Source of the DNA: Mycoplasmoides genitalium G37
GTDB taxonomy: Bacteria > Bacillota_I > Bacilli_A > Mycoplasmatales > Mycoplasmoidaceae
NCBI RefSeq assembly: GCF_000027325.1
Contig: NC_000908.2
Span: 30,001-62,000 of the forward strand
Direction of reading: 5' to 3'
DNA length: 32,000 bases
Shown here: positions 11,787 to 22,381 of the stretch, one piece after another
Position numbering within the stretch: the first letter of the stretch is position 1
Layout: each line of letters begins with the position of its first letter
The notes under the pieces: model-generated
Seen by the model: the letters and a program-made list of their open reading frames with translations, nothing else
What the model was told of the DNA's origin: nothing
The model's database searches: none
Made by a program: the position numbers and the translations under genes

Positions 11787-13428
11787 CCAACGAATTTTAA
11801 TTGGCTCAATTTCAACTGAACAACTCAATAAAACAATAGTTATTATTGGGTGAATTAAACGGATTAAAAAGTTAGGTGAAATTAACTTTATTATCGTTGG
11901 TGATAAATCAGGAACTATCCAAGTAACTTGCAAAGATAAAGAACAGATTCAACAACTTACAAGAGAAGACATAGTTATTGTTAAAGCCAAATTACAACGC
12001 TTAGATAGTGTTAGATTTGAACTGATAAATCCAACTATTAAACTTTTTTCAAAGTCAAAAACTCCTCCTTTAATTATTGAAGATGAAACTGATGCTTTAG
12101 AAGAAGTTAGGTTAAAATACCGTTACCTTGATCTGAGAAGACGTTTGATGCAAAAACGATTGTTATTGCGTCATCAATTTATATTAGCAATTCGTAACTG
12201 ATTTAACCAGCAGGGTTTTATTGAAATAGAAACACCTACCTTATCCAAATCAACTCCTGAGGGAGCACAAGACTTTTTAGTTCCTGCAAGAATTAGAAAA
12301 GATTGTTTTTATGCTTTAGTTCAAAGTCCACAAATCTATAAGCAGCTCTTAATGATTGCAGGAGTTGAAAAATATTTTCAAATTGCAAGGGTCTATCGTG
12401 ATGAAGATAGCAGAAAAGATCGTCAACCAGAACACACACAAATTGATTTCGAGATCTCTTTTTGTAACCAAAAAATGATTATGAATCTAGTTGAAAAACT
12501 CTTTTTTAGTGTTTTCTTAGATGTTTTTCAAATCAAAATAAAAAAGACTTTTCCTGTTTTTAAATTTTCAGAACTTTTTGAAAGATTTGGTAGCGATAAA
12601 CCAGATTTACGTTATGGTTTTGAAATAAAAGATTTCACCTCGCTTTTTCAAGATCATCAGAATCAGTTCACTAAATTAATTGAAGCAAAAGGCATTATTG
12701 GTGGTATTGAACTTACTAATATTGAGTTAAGTACAGACAAAATTAAAGCATTAAGAAAAATTGCTAAGGACCATGATGTGAGTTTAGAAGTTCATAATAA
12801 AAATAATTCAACATTAAAAACTTCAATTAAATGTGATGAAAAAAACACTCTTCTGTTAGTAGCAAATAAATCTAAAAAGAAGGCATGAACTGCTTTAGGA
12901 GCAATTAGAAATGAGTTGAAATACCACTTGGATATTGTCAAACCTAACCAATACAGCTTTTGTTGAGTTGTTGATTTCCCTCTCTATGATTTTGATGAGA
13001 AAACAAATCAGTGAATATCAAATCACAACATCTTTTCAAAACCTAAACAAGAATGAATTGATAATTTTGAATCAAATAAAAACGAAGCATTAAGCGAACA
13101 GTTTGATCTTGTTTTAAATGGTTTTGAAATTGGTAGTGGTTCAATAAGAATTAATGATCCAATTGTTCAAAAAAGACTAATGAATTCTTTGAACATTGAC
13201 CCAAATAAGTTTGCTTTTCTTCTAGAAGCTTATCAATATGGTGCTCCTGTTCATGGTGGAATGGGACTAGGTATTGATCGTTTAATGATGATTCTTAATC
13301 AAACTGATAACATCAGAGAAGTAATCGCTTTTCCTAAGAATAATCATGGTATTGAAGTCCATACAAACGCTCCTGATAAAATTGACAAAGAGGAGGTTAA
13401 ATGATGGATAAAAGAACTAGTGAAATAG
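11758..13428 (+). CDS. aspS: Aspartyl-tRNA synthetase
   Basis: RYLDLRRRLMQKRLLLRH, FIEIETPTLSKSTPEGAQDFLVPA, FARVYRDEDSRKDRQPEHTQIDFE-type motif 2 (KYFQIARVYRDEDSRKDRQPEHTQIDFEI) and GMGLGIDRLMMIL motif 3. Start is either ATG 11758 or ATG 11776. Reading TGA 13402 as Trp extends it to TAG at 13426-13428. Confidence 0.95.
13391..13397 (+). promoter_or_regulatory. Strong canonical Shine-Dalgarno AGGAGGT upstream of the phosphoribosyltransferase
   Basis: AAGAGGAGGTTAAATGATGG: AGGAGG ends 4 nt before ATG 13401 and 7 nt before ATG 13404. Confidence 0.7.
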
Positions 13429-14753
13429 AGTTTCACTTAAAGAATCTTTTGGCTTGTGATGCATATAAACTTTCACACCGTTTAATGTATCCACAAGATA
13501 CACAAAACCTTTATAGTATGTTAACTGCAAGAGGTGTTTATGGTGATTTTAAGGAGTTTGTTTGAAACCATGATTTTGCTAAAGAGATCCTTTTGAATGT
13601 ATTTAATGGTTTTGTAAACAGTGTAATTGAAGTTAAAAAAAACAAATTGCTAGCTGCAGCATTGACAGATAAATTAGTTAGTGTTTTTAATGATCATGAA
13701 TTGGCTAATGAATTCACACAACACATCTGTCATTTAGCTAGTTTCTTAGAGAAAAATAAAAAAATGCCGTTAGTTGCAAAGATCCATGAAAGTGATCAAT
13801 CATTACCATTTAGAACTCCTTTAATAACTATAGAAGGAGTTGAAAATATTCCAAACAACTTTGTATGGTTAGTTAATTACTTTGAAACTGTACTTCTAGA
13901 AAACATTTGGTTGTTTCAAACTGCTTCTACAGTTGCTAAAAGAATTAAATCTTTACTTGAAAAATATGCTAAAGAAACCGCAGATGAAACAAGTTTTATT
14001 AATTTTCAATGCCACGACTTTAGTATGCGGGGCATGAGTAGTTTGCAAAGTGCTTTGTATGTTGCTAGAGCACACTTGCAATACTTTACTGGAAGTGACA
14101 CGATCTTAGGTGGGGATAATTCTCGTTCAATTTTAGCTTCTGAACATTCAGTGATGTGCGCAGATGGTAGTAAACATGAATTGAAAACTTTTCAACGTTT
14201 ATTGGAAAAGTTTAAAGATAAAAAACTTTCTTTAGTGATTGATTCTTATGACATGTGAAATGTCCTTGATAACATTATTCCAAGGTTAAAAAACTTAATC
14301 TTAATGCGTGGTGCTACGCTTTATTTGCGTGCTGATTCTGGTAATTATCAAACTCTTATTTGCAATCCTAATTACAAAAAGCAAGATAAAAGTACATGAG
14401 CAATGATCGATTACTTAGATCATCATTTTAGTTCAACTATAAATAAAAAAGGTTATAAGGTTTTAAACAAGAAAATTGGCATTATTTATGGTGATGGAAT
14501 CACCTATCAAAAGATAGAATGGATCTTAAATTGTTTAAAAAACCATGGTTATTGTTCTTCAAACATTATTTTTGGAGTTGGTAGTAGCACTTATCAAAAT
14601 TTAAACCGTGATACTTTAGGTTTTGTATACAAATTGACTGCTATTAAAAGAAATAATAGATGGATAGGCGTTAAAAAAACTCCCATAACTGATCTATCTA
14701 AAAGTTCAAAAGGCGGTAGATATAAAACAAAGCGATTAATTACAGTTTATTAA
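13401..14753 (+). CDS. Nicotinate/nicotinamide phosphoribosyltransferase (motifs resemble the NAMPT/NadV type)
   Basis: Frame with TGA=Trp: ...ACDAYKLSHRLMYPQDTQNLYSML...FQCHDFSMRGMSSLQSALYVARAHLQYFTGSDTILGG...SEHSVMCADG...VIDSYDM...RADSGN...GIIYGDGITYQKIE...NIIFGVGSSTYQNLNRDTLGF...KSSKGGR. Start ATG 13401 or 13404. Confidence 0.9.
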
Positions 14754-16276
14754 TCAATTTCTTTCCATTTTAAAGCACGTTCAACTGCTTTATGTCAACT
14801 GTTAATTTTGGTTTTTCTTATGTTTGGGTCCATAGTGCTTTTGAACTTTTTATCAAGAGTAGTGAGTTTTTCAAGTTGATGAATGTCTTTTCAAAATCCA
14901 CAAGCAAGTCCAGCTAAAAAACAAACACCAACTGCAGTGGTTTCTTTATTTTTAGGGATAGAAACAATTACATCTGCAATATCAGCTTGAAACTGCATTA
15001 AATAGTTTGATTTAACAATCCCCCCATCAGCTTTAATGCTAGTAATCTTATAGCCTAGATCACTTGCCATTGCATTTAATAAATCATTAGTTTGAAAAGC
15101 AATTGACTCTAAGCTAGCTTTTACTATGTGCTCTCTTTTAGTGCTTGCTTCAATTCCTAAGATAATACCCCTAGCACTAGCATCTCATCAAGGAGCTCCA
15201 AGTCCACTGAAAGCTGGTACAAAAACTAGGTTTTGTTCATTTTCTTTTGCAAGTTCTGCATAAAAATCACTTTCCTTTTCTGAATAGATAATTTTTAATG
15301 CATCCCTTAACCATTTTATAGCCGCACCCGCTACAAACACACTACCTTCCAATGCATATACAGGTGGATGATTTTCTAGTTGCCATGCTACTGTTGTGAG
15401 CAGATTGTGCTTTGAGAGTGTTGGTTTATCACCAATGTTCATGAGTACAAAACATCCAGTACCATAGGTATTTTTTACCATTCCAGGTTCAGTACAGAGT
15501 TGACCAAACAAAGCTGCTTGCTGGTCTCCTAAAACTGCTCTAATTGGTACAATACCTTTAGCATTACTAGATCAGTGATTAGTTTCAATATCACCAAAGT
15601 AAGCATTGGAACTCAGAACTTTAGGTAAGATTGAAACTGGTACTTCAAATAAATCACATAACTCTTTGGATCACTCCATTTTGACAATGTCAAATAAAAG
15701 AGTTCTTGAAGCATTTGAAACATCTGTAACATGCATTTTTCCATTAGTTAGTTTTCAGATTAATCAGCTATCAATGGTGCCAAATAACAACTTTTTTTGC
15801 TCCATTAGTTTCTTTGCTAAAGGAACATTTTTTAAGATTCAAGCTATCTTAGTAGCACTAAAATAGGGGTTAATAGGTAATCCAGTTTTTTGTTTTACTT
15901 TGGTTTGGATTAACTTATCCTCATTGAATTTTTGACATAGTGCTGCAGTTCTTTGATCCTGTCAAACGATGGCATTATAAACAGGCAAACCATTTTCTTT
16001 ATTTCATAAAACTATTGTTTCTCTTTGATTGGTAATACCAACTGCAATCACTTCATGAGATTTGATTTGTGCTTTATTTTTAGCACTTTGCATGGTAGCT
16101 AGTTGGGCTGATCAAATTTCTAGTGGATCTTGTTCAACTCAACCACTATTAGGAAAAAAAGTGTTAAATTCGTTTTGTGCTATTGCTATTTGGTTAAGAT
16201 TGTGATCAAAAACAATTGATCGACAAGAACTAGTACCTTCATCTAAGGCAATAATGTATTGTTTTTTTAGATCCAT
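14750..16276 (-). CDS. glpK: Glycerol kinase
   Basis: 508 aa: [28 protein letters not shown]..., [61 protein letters not shown]...; typical FGGY-kinase GlpK. Confidence 0.97.
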
Positions 16277-17421
16277 GATAAGTTGTAATTAGGATTTCAA
16301 TTTATCTTCTTTTTTAACTTTAAATTAAGGAGTTCAACTGCTCTCTTAGCAATAGCAGGACTTGATGTTAAACCAGGGGATTTCATGCCACCAAGGATGA
16401 TAAAGTTAGGATTGCTTTTTGCTGTTCTAATAACAAAGTCATTTGTTTCAATATCAATAGCTCTTGAACCTGCAAAACTATAAATACTATTTTCAAATTG
16501 CAATGAAGGAACCATTTTTTTACCAATAGTTTTAATTTGGTTAATTGAATCTAAATCTATGGAACGAGTTTTGTTTTTTTCAATTCCCTCAACTGCATTA
16601 GGTCCCACAAGGATATTACCATCTAACATCTCAGCAACAACTACTCCCTTACCATGGATAGTAGGTACCATAAAAATAATTGTGTTAATCTTAAGGTTGT
16701 TTTGATTTTTTAAAACTAGATATTGTCCTTTTCTTGTTGTTTGTTTAAAATTATCAACTTGTGTAGTTTCTGCTAGTCAATCTGCATAATGACCAGCTGC
16801 ATCAATTAACTTTTTGGTTTTAAATTGTGGTGTTGTTTCATTGTTAATAAAAACTAAAAAATCATCATCAGAATCTATTTCAATTTTTGTAACTTTTTTA
16901 TTTGAGTAGATGGCAACATTGTTTTGTAAACTAGCAAGGGCTAAACACTTGGTTGCAATTAAAGGGTCAATTAGTCAACTACCTTCAACTTTTAAACTAG
17001 CTACTACATTTGGATTGATAAACGGTTCTTGCAATAAAGTTTGTTGTTGATCTAATATTTGAATGTTTTCAACAGGAATTGAGTTTTTAATTCCCCTTTC
17101 TTTTAACAAATTTAATTGAAGTTTTTCTTCATTGTTGAAAGCAACAATTAAAGTAGCAATTTTTTTCCTTGGGAAGATTAGTTTTTTAAATCAATCCTCA
17201 ATTCAGATTTTTCTCCCTAAGATGTTGTATTTGGCAGTTAGCTTATTAGGATTAGGATCAATTCCTGAATGGATTACACCACTGTTAGCCTGCGAAGTTT
17301 CACAACCCAAAAAAGCATTTTTTTCTAAAAGTGCAACTTTTAATTTATATTGGCTGAGTTCATATGCACAACTAGTACCGATGACACCCCCACCCACAAT
17401 TAAAACGTCAATTGTTTGCAT
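16267..17421 (-). CDS. glpO: FAD-dependent glycerol-3-phosphate oxidase/dehydrogenase (GlpO-like)
   Basis: 384 aa with TGA=Trp: MQTIDVLIVGGGVIGTSCAYELSQYKLKVALLEKN (dinucleotide-binding GGG), TSQANSGVIHSGIDPNPNKLTAKYN, FIILGGMKSPGLTSSPAIAKRAVELL. Adjacent to glpK. Confidence 0.87.
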
Positions 17422-17579
17422 TAATTAATCTTCTAGTATTTAGTTAGTTATTTTGCAAAAAAGGATTAGTTTTATAGTTGTGATTTACTTTTTGGTATCT
17501 CTATAAAAAGTAGTATCAAACATTTTTTTATCTTTTGATTTCTTTTTACTAAAAATAATTAGCTAAAATACCGTCATAT

Positions 17580-19355
17580 ATGGGAAAGCTATTATTTGGT
17601 AAGTTAGTTTTTAAAAAGAGCTTGTTTTTACTGAGTGGTATGAGCAGTTTAGCAGTTTTTTTAACTGCATGTGGGGCTACCAAAATATTTGATTCCTCTG
17701 TACAGCTATTAGTGTCAGATAACTTTTCCACACTTGCTGATAAATCATTTTCACAAATGTCCTATGAAGGAATCAGGAGCTTTTTTAAAAAAAGTAAGGG
17801 TGTTGATTTACCTGAAGCAGATAGTTCACAATTACAAGAAGGCAATGGCTTGTGAAAACGTCCTGGTTTTACATTAAGTGATAGAATTGCTACTTTTAAT
17901 AACATCAAAAATGATGGCTCTGATGTTATTGTTGCAACAGGTTTTAACCAACAAGAATCACTTCAAGCAATTACTTCTGATGACATTAGGTTTCAAAGTG
18001 ATAAAGAAAGCTTAGCTAAAACAGGTTTTATTTTTGTTGATGGAGCTATTGAAAAGGAGTTTAATAAAAGAAATGGTGTTCCTCAATTTAAGTCAACTCC
18101 TACCAATATCTCATCAGTTGCTTTTAGAAGTGATGATGGTTCTTTTTTAACTGGAGTTGCTACTGCAGTTTACTTAAATCTTAACCAAGAATATTTCCTT
18201 GATAAAAGTGGTTGGTCAACTAATAGTAGTAATAATAACGAACTAACTGTAAGTGGTTTTGTAGGTATTGCTCTACCTTCAACGCTTTCTTTTCTAAATG
18301 GTTTTCGACTAGGTATTGCTTATTTTAATGAAGTGATTTATAAACATTTAAGCGATGCACAAGATTCATCTGCACAAGTGACCACTTCTAAACAAACTGT
18401 TTTAAAACAACTTCAAGTTGCAAATGGTGAAAAAAGGATTAAAAAGATTAAATGGATTTCACCAAAACAAGGAAGTGATGGAGAAACTATAAACATTCAA
18501 GATCACCAATCAGGTTCTTTTTCAGATACTGAACCTAGAGCAATAACAATAGCTAATAATTTAATTGATAAAGGAGTTAATGCTATCATTCCTATTGCTG
18601 GACCACAAACGAATTTAGTGGTTACTCAAATTGCTAGAAGACAAGCCCATACTGCAGTTATTGGCGTTGATAGTGCACAGGAATTGCTAGATATTAATAT
18701 TGATGCTCCAAATAAAGATAAGTTAAAAATGGGGAATAAAAAGATTATTCCCTTCTCTTCTATTAAGGCTTTGGATGTTGCTGTTGAAAGTATCTTATCA
18801 ACATTAGAAAAAGGTTCCAGCCAAAATGGTTATCAAGGCTTTGGATATAACAACATAGGTACAGTGAAAAACAACTCTGTTGGGGTTAGTGAAGCAGGTT
18901 ATGAATTTTTAATAGATCCTGTTTTTTGAAAAAATACTAGTTCAATGCAAGCTATGTCTTTATCAGCAAGTCTAAAAGCTAATGCAGCATCTTCATCAGA
19001 TAATAAGAAAAAATTATCAGAAGTTGCTACTAAGAAAAATGAAAACGGTTCGACAAAAAATGGTAGTAATGACATCATTGACAAATATGCCAAACTCTTA
19101 ACAAAATCTAGTTCTTCAACTAGTATGAGAAACGGTAGTTCAGATAGCAATCAACAGAATTTTAAAACAACAGATAATGATGGTGATTGAACTATTGTTG
19201 GTGATGAATTAGGTAAATATAAGTCTAGTGAACTGCCTATTTTTACAGGTAGTTCTTCATACCCAACTTTTCAAACTGAAGCACAAAATGTTTTAGATGG
19301 TGGAGCGAATGTTGCTTCAACACAAGGCTTTAAATGAAGCTTTAAACAAATTTAG
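17580..19355 (+). CDS. Putative lipoprotein, possibly a diverged Bmp/PnrA-type substrate-binding protein
   Basis: 591 aa with TGA=Trp. N-terminus MGKLLFGKLVFKKSLFLLSGMSSLAVFLTACGATK (signal peptide + LTAC lipobox). Internal VAFRSDDGSFLTGVATAVYL...GFVGIALPSTLSFLNGFRLGIAY...GVNAIIPIAGPQTNLVVTQIA...AVIGVDSAQ. Confidence 0.88.
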
Positions 19356-19375
19356 AATTTTGATTACTTAAAGAT

Positions 19376-19642
19376 ATGAAAAAATTTCAAGCAGTTATTA
19401 AAGACCCAGTGGGAATTCACGCACGTCCTGCTTCTATCCTTGCAAGTGAGGCTAGTAAGTTTAAATCTGAACTTAAACTGGTAGCTCCAAGTGGTGTTGA
19501 AGGTAATATTAAATCAATTATTAACTTAATGTCTTTAGGAATTAGACATAATGACAACATTACTATCAAAGCAGATGGAGCTGATGAAGAAGAAGCTTTA
19601 GCAGCTATTAAAGCTTGTCTTGAAAAAAATAAAGTTATCTAA
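19376..19642 (+). CDS. ptsH: Phosphocarrier protein HPr
   Basis: 88 aa; GIHARPASILASEASKF active-site His15 motif and SIINLMSLGI Ser46 region. Confidence 0.98.
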   Translation: MKKFQAVIKDPVGIHARPASILASEASKFKSELKLVAPSGVEGNIKSIINLMSLGIRHNDNITIKADGADEEEALAAIKACLEKNKVI

Positions 19643-19798
19643 CTTAGCATATTTTAATCAATTAAATCTGTTTATTTTTTAATAGTAAAAACACAATTTA
19701 ACCTTGTTTCTATTTAACAAAATTGGTTTGAAAAAGGCTATCAATTTTGCTGTAAAAAATTAAGATATTTTTTATCAAAAATTAGCATAAAAAATTGT

Positions 19799-19804
19799 TA
19801 TACT
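19799..19804 (+). promoter_or_regulatory. Candidate -10 element TATACT for the pot operon
   Basis: TATACT in the 197-nt ptsH-potA intergenic region, 35 nt upstream of the TTG start at 19840; no clear -35. Confidence 0.35.
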
Positions 19805-19839
19805 AATTAACGTTTTTTATTGAAAATTAAGTATTTAAA

Positions 19840-21519
19840 TTGAACGAACATTCTTTAATTGAAATTGAAGGTTTGAACAAGACCTTTGATGATGGTTATG
19901 TTTCTATAAGAGACATTAGCCTAAATATTAAAAAAGGCGAATTTATTACTATTTTAGGCCCTTCTGGTTGTGGTAAAACTACCCTGTTGAGGTTATTAGC
20001 TGGATTTGAAGATCCTACTTATGGCAAGATCAAAGTTAATGGTATTGACATTAAAGACATGGCAATCCATAAGCGTCCTTTTGCGACAGTTTTTCAAGAC
20101 TATGCTTTATTTTCCCATCTAACTGTTTATAAAAACATTGCTTATGGTCTGAAGGTAATGTGAACAAAGTTAGATGAAATTCCAAAACTTGTAAGTGATT
20201 ATCAAAAGCAACTTGCTCTTAAGCATTTAAAGCTAGAAAGAAAAATAGAGCAGTTACAAAAAAACAATTCTAATGCTCAAAGAATAAAGAAATTAAAGGA
20301 AAAATTACAAAAACTTTTAGAAATTAACAAACAAAAAGTTATTGAGTTTGAAAATAAAGAAAAACTACGTAGAGAAGATATTTACAAGAATTTAGAGCAA
20401 TTAACAAAAGAATGGGATCTACTTTCTCAAAAGAAACTAAAAGAAGTTGAACAACAAAAACAAGCAATTGATAAAAGTTTTGAAAAAGTAGAGAATAAAT
20501 ACAAAAAAGATCCTTGGTTTTTTCAACACAGTGAAATACGTTTAAAACAATATCAGAAGAAAAAAACTGAGTTGAAAGCTGATATTAAAGCAACAAAGAA
20601 CAAAGAACAAATCCAAAAATTAACTAAAGAACTTCAAACCTTAAAACAAAAATACGCTAATAAAAAAGCAATTGACAAAGAGTATGACAAATTAGTTGTA
20701 GCTTACAATAAGAAAGACTATTGAACTTCTTATTGAGAAACATACACACTTCAACAAAAAGAAGCTTTTGAAAAACGTTATCTTTCAAGAAAACTAACTA
20801 AAGCTGAACAAAATAAAAAAGTTAGTGATGTTATTGAAATGGTTGGTTTAAAAGGTAAAGAAGATCGTTTGCCTGATGAATTATCAGGGGGAATGAAACA
20901 AAGAGTTGCTTTAGCACGTTCTTTAGTAGTAGAACCTGAAATTCTTTTATTAGATGAACCATTATCTGCACTTGATGCAAAGGTTAGAAAGAATTTACAA
21001 AAAGAATTACAACAGATTCATAAAAAAAGTGGATTGACTTTTATCTTAGTAACTCATGATCAAGAAGAGGCTTTAGTTTTATCAGATCGGATAGTGGTTA
21101 TGAATGAGGGAAACATCTTACAAGTTGGTAATCCTGTTGATATTTATGACTCTCCTAAGACTGAATGAATTGCTAATTTCATTGGTCAAGCTAACATCTT
21201 TAAAGGTACTTATTTAGGAGAAAAAAAGATTCAGTTACAGAGTGGTGAAATCATTCAAACTGATGTTGATAATAACTATGTTGTAGGTAAGCAATATAAG
21301 ATCTTAATTCGTCCTGAAGACTTTGATCTTGTTCCTGAAAATAAAGGTTTTTTTAATGTTCGTGTTATTGATAAAAACTACAAAGGATTGCTTTGAAAGA
21401 TAACCACACAATTAAAAGATAACACTATTGTTGATTTGGAGAGTGTTAATGAAGTTGATGTAAATAAGACCTTTGGTGTTTTATTTGATCCTATAGATGT
21501 TCATTTAATGGAAGTTTAA
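19840..21519 (+). CDS. potA: Spermidine/putrescine ABC transporter ATP-binding protein, with a large internal coiled-coil insertion
   Basis: 559 aa, TTG start. Walker [12 protein letters not shown]-loop TVFQDYALF, signature LSGGMKQRV, Walker [14 protein letters not shown]-loop VTHDQEEAL. Confidence 0.96.
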
Positions 21520-21523
21520 CAAG

Positions 21524-22381
21524 ATGCACATTAAGAAAAAATACTGACTTCTGCTCCCCTTCTTTTTATTAATGACAATCTTCTTTATTATTCCAATGGC
21601 ATGGATTATTGTTAGTGGATTACAAAGTGAAGATGGGGCTAGTATTAGTCAAAAATATGAACCACTTGTTAGTGGCTTAGGTTTTTTTAACAGTTTCTGA
21701 ACCAGTTTGTGGATCTCAATAGTGACTGTAATTGTTGCATTGTTGTTTTCTTTTCCTTTTTGTTACTTTCTCTCCCAATCAAAAAACAAAATTTTTAAAG
21801 CGTTTGTTATTTCAATTGCAACAGTTCCTATTTGAAGTAGTTTTCTTATTAAGTTAATTGGATTGAAAACCCTACTTGATTTATTAATTGGACTTTCTTT
21901 AAACAGAGTTGGTGATAACAACTTAACTTTTGGTTCAGGATATACCTTACTTGGAACAATTTATCTGTTTACTCCTTTTATGTTTTTACCACTTTATAAC
22001 CACTTCTGTGTTTTACCTAAAAACTTGTTGTTAGCTAGTCAAGATTTGGGTTATAACTGGATTTACAGCTTTGTGAAAGTAGTAATTCCTTTTTCTAAAA
22101 CCGCAATGTTATCAGGAATTGCTTTAACTTTTTTCCCTGCTTTAACTTCAGTTGCAATTGCTCAGTTTTTAGATAACTCTAACCAAGCCGAAACCCTTGG
22201 TAACTACATATTTACCTTGGGTAATAATGGTTATGATAGTGCAATTGAAAGAGGCAGAGCTGCTGGAGCAATTATTATTGCTGCTTTAATTACTTTTGCA
22301 ATTTACTTTACTGTTGTTTTTTTGCCTAAAATTGTCCGTATTGTTCATAACAAATGAAAACAACATGAAAAAGCATTTTAA
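21524..22381 (+). CDS. potB: Spermidine/putrescine ABC transporter permease
   Basis: 285 aa with TGA=Trp: MHIKKKYWLLLPFFLLMTIFFIIPMAWIIVSGL...; permease EAA-like SQDLGYNWIYSFVKVVIPFSKTAMLSG. Confidence 0.93.

Noticed and set aside
13402-13404. TGA as the aspS stop codon with a downstream frameshift
   Set aside because: TGA is Trp in this genome; aspS simply continues 8 codons to TAG, overlapping the next gene.
17132-17428. 99-codon ORF on + strand (and 15606-15866 +)
   Set aside because: Antisense to the glpO and glpK reading frames, which are strongly supported. Such ORFs are common opposite genes in AT-rich DNA.
17549-17731. Minus-strand ORF overlapping the lipoprotein N-terminus (also 18899-19150 -)
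   Set aside because: Antisense to the lipoprotein signal peptide and its low-complexity Ser/Lys tail; no independent support.
19643-19839. Possible small RNA or tRNA in the ptsH-potA gap (also the gaps 6715-6976, 8978-9126 and 17422-17579)
   Set aside because: No cloverleaf, GTTCRAN(T-loop)-like motif or stable GC-containing hairpin was seen; very AT-rich, so any fold would be weak. Left unannotated apart from the -10 candidate.
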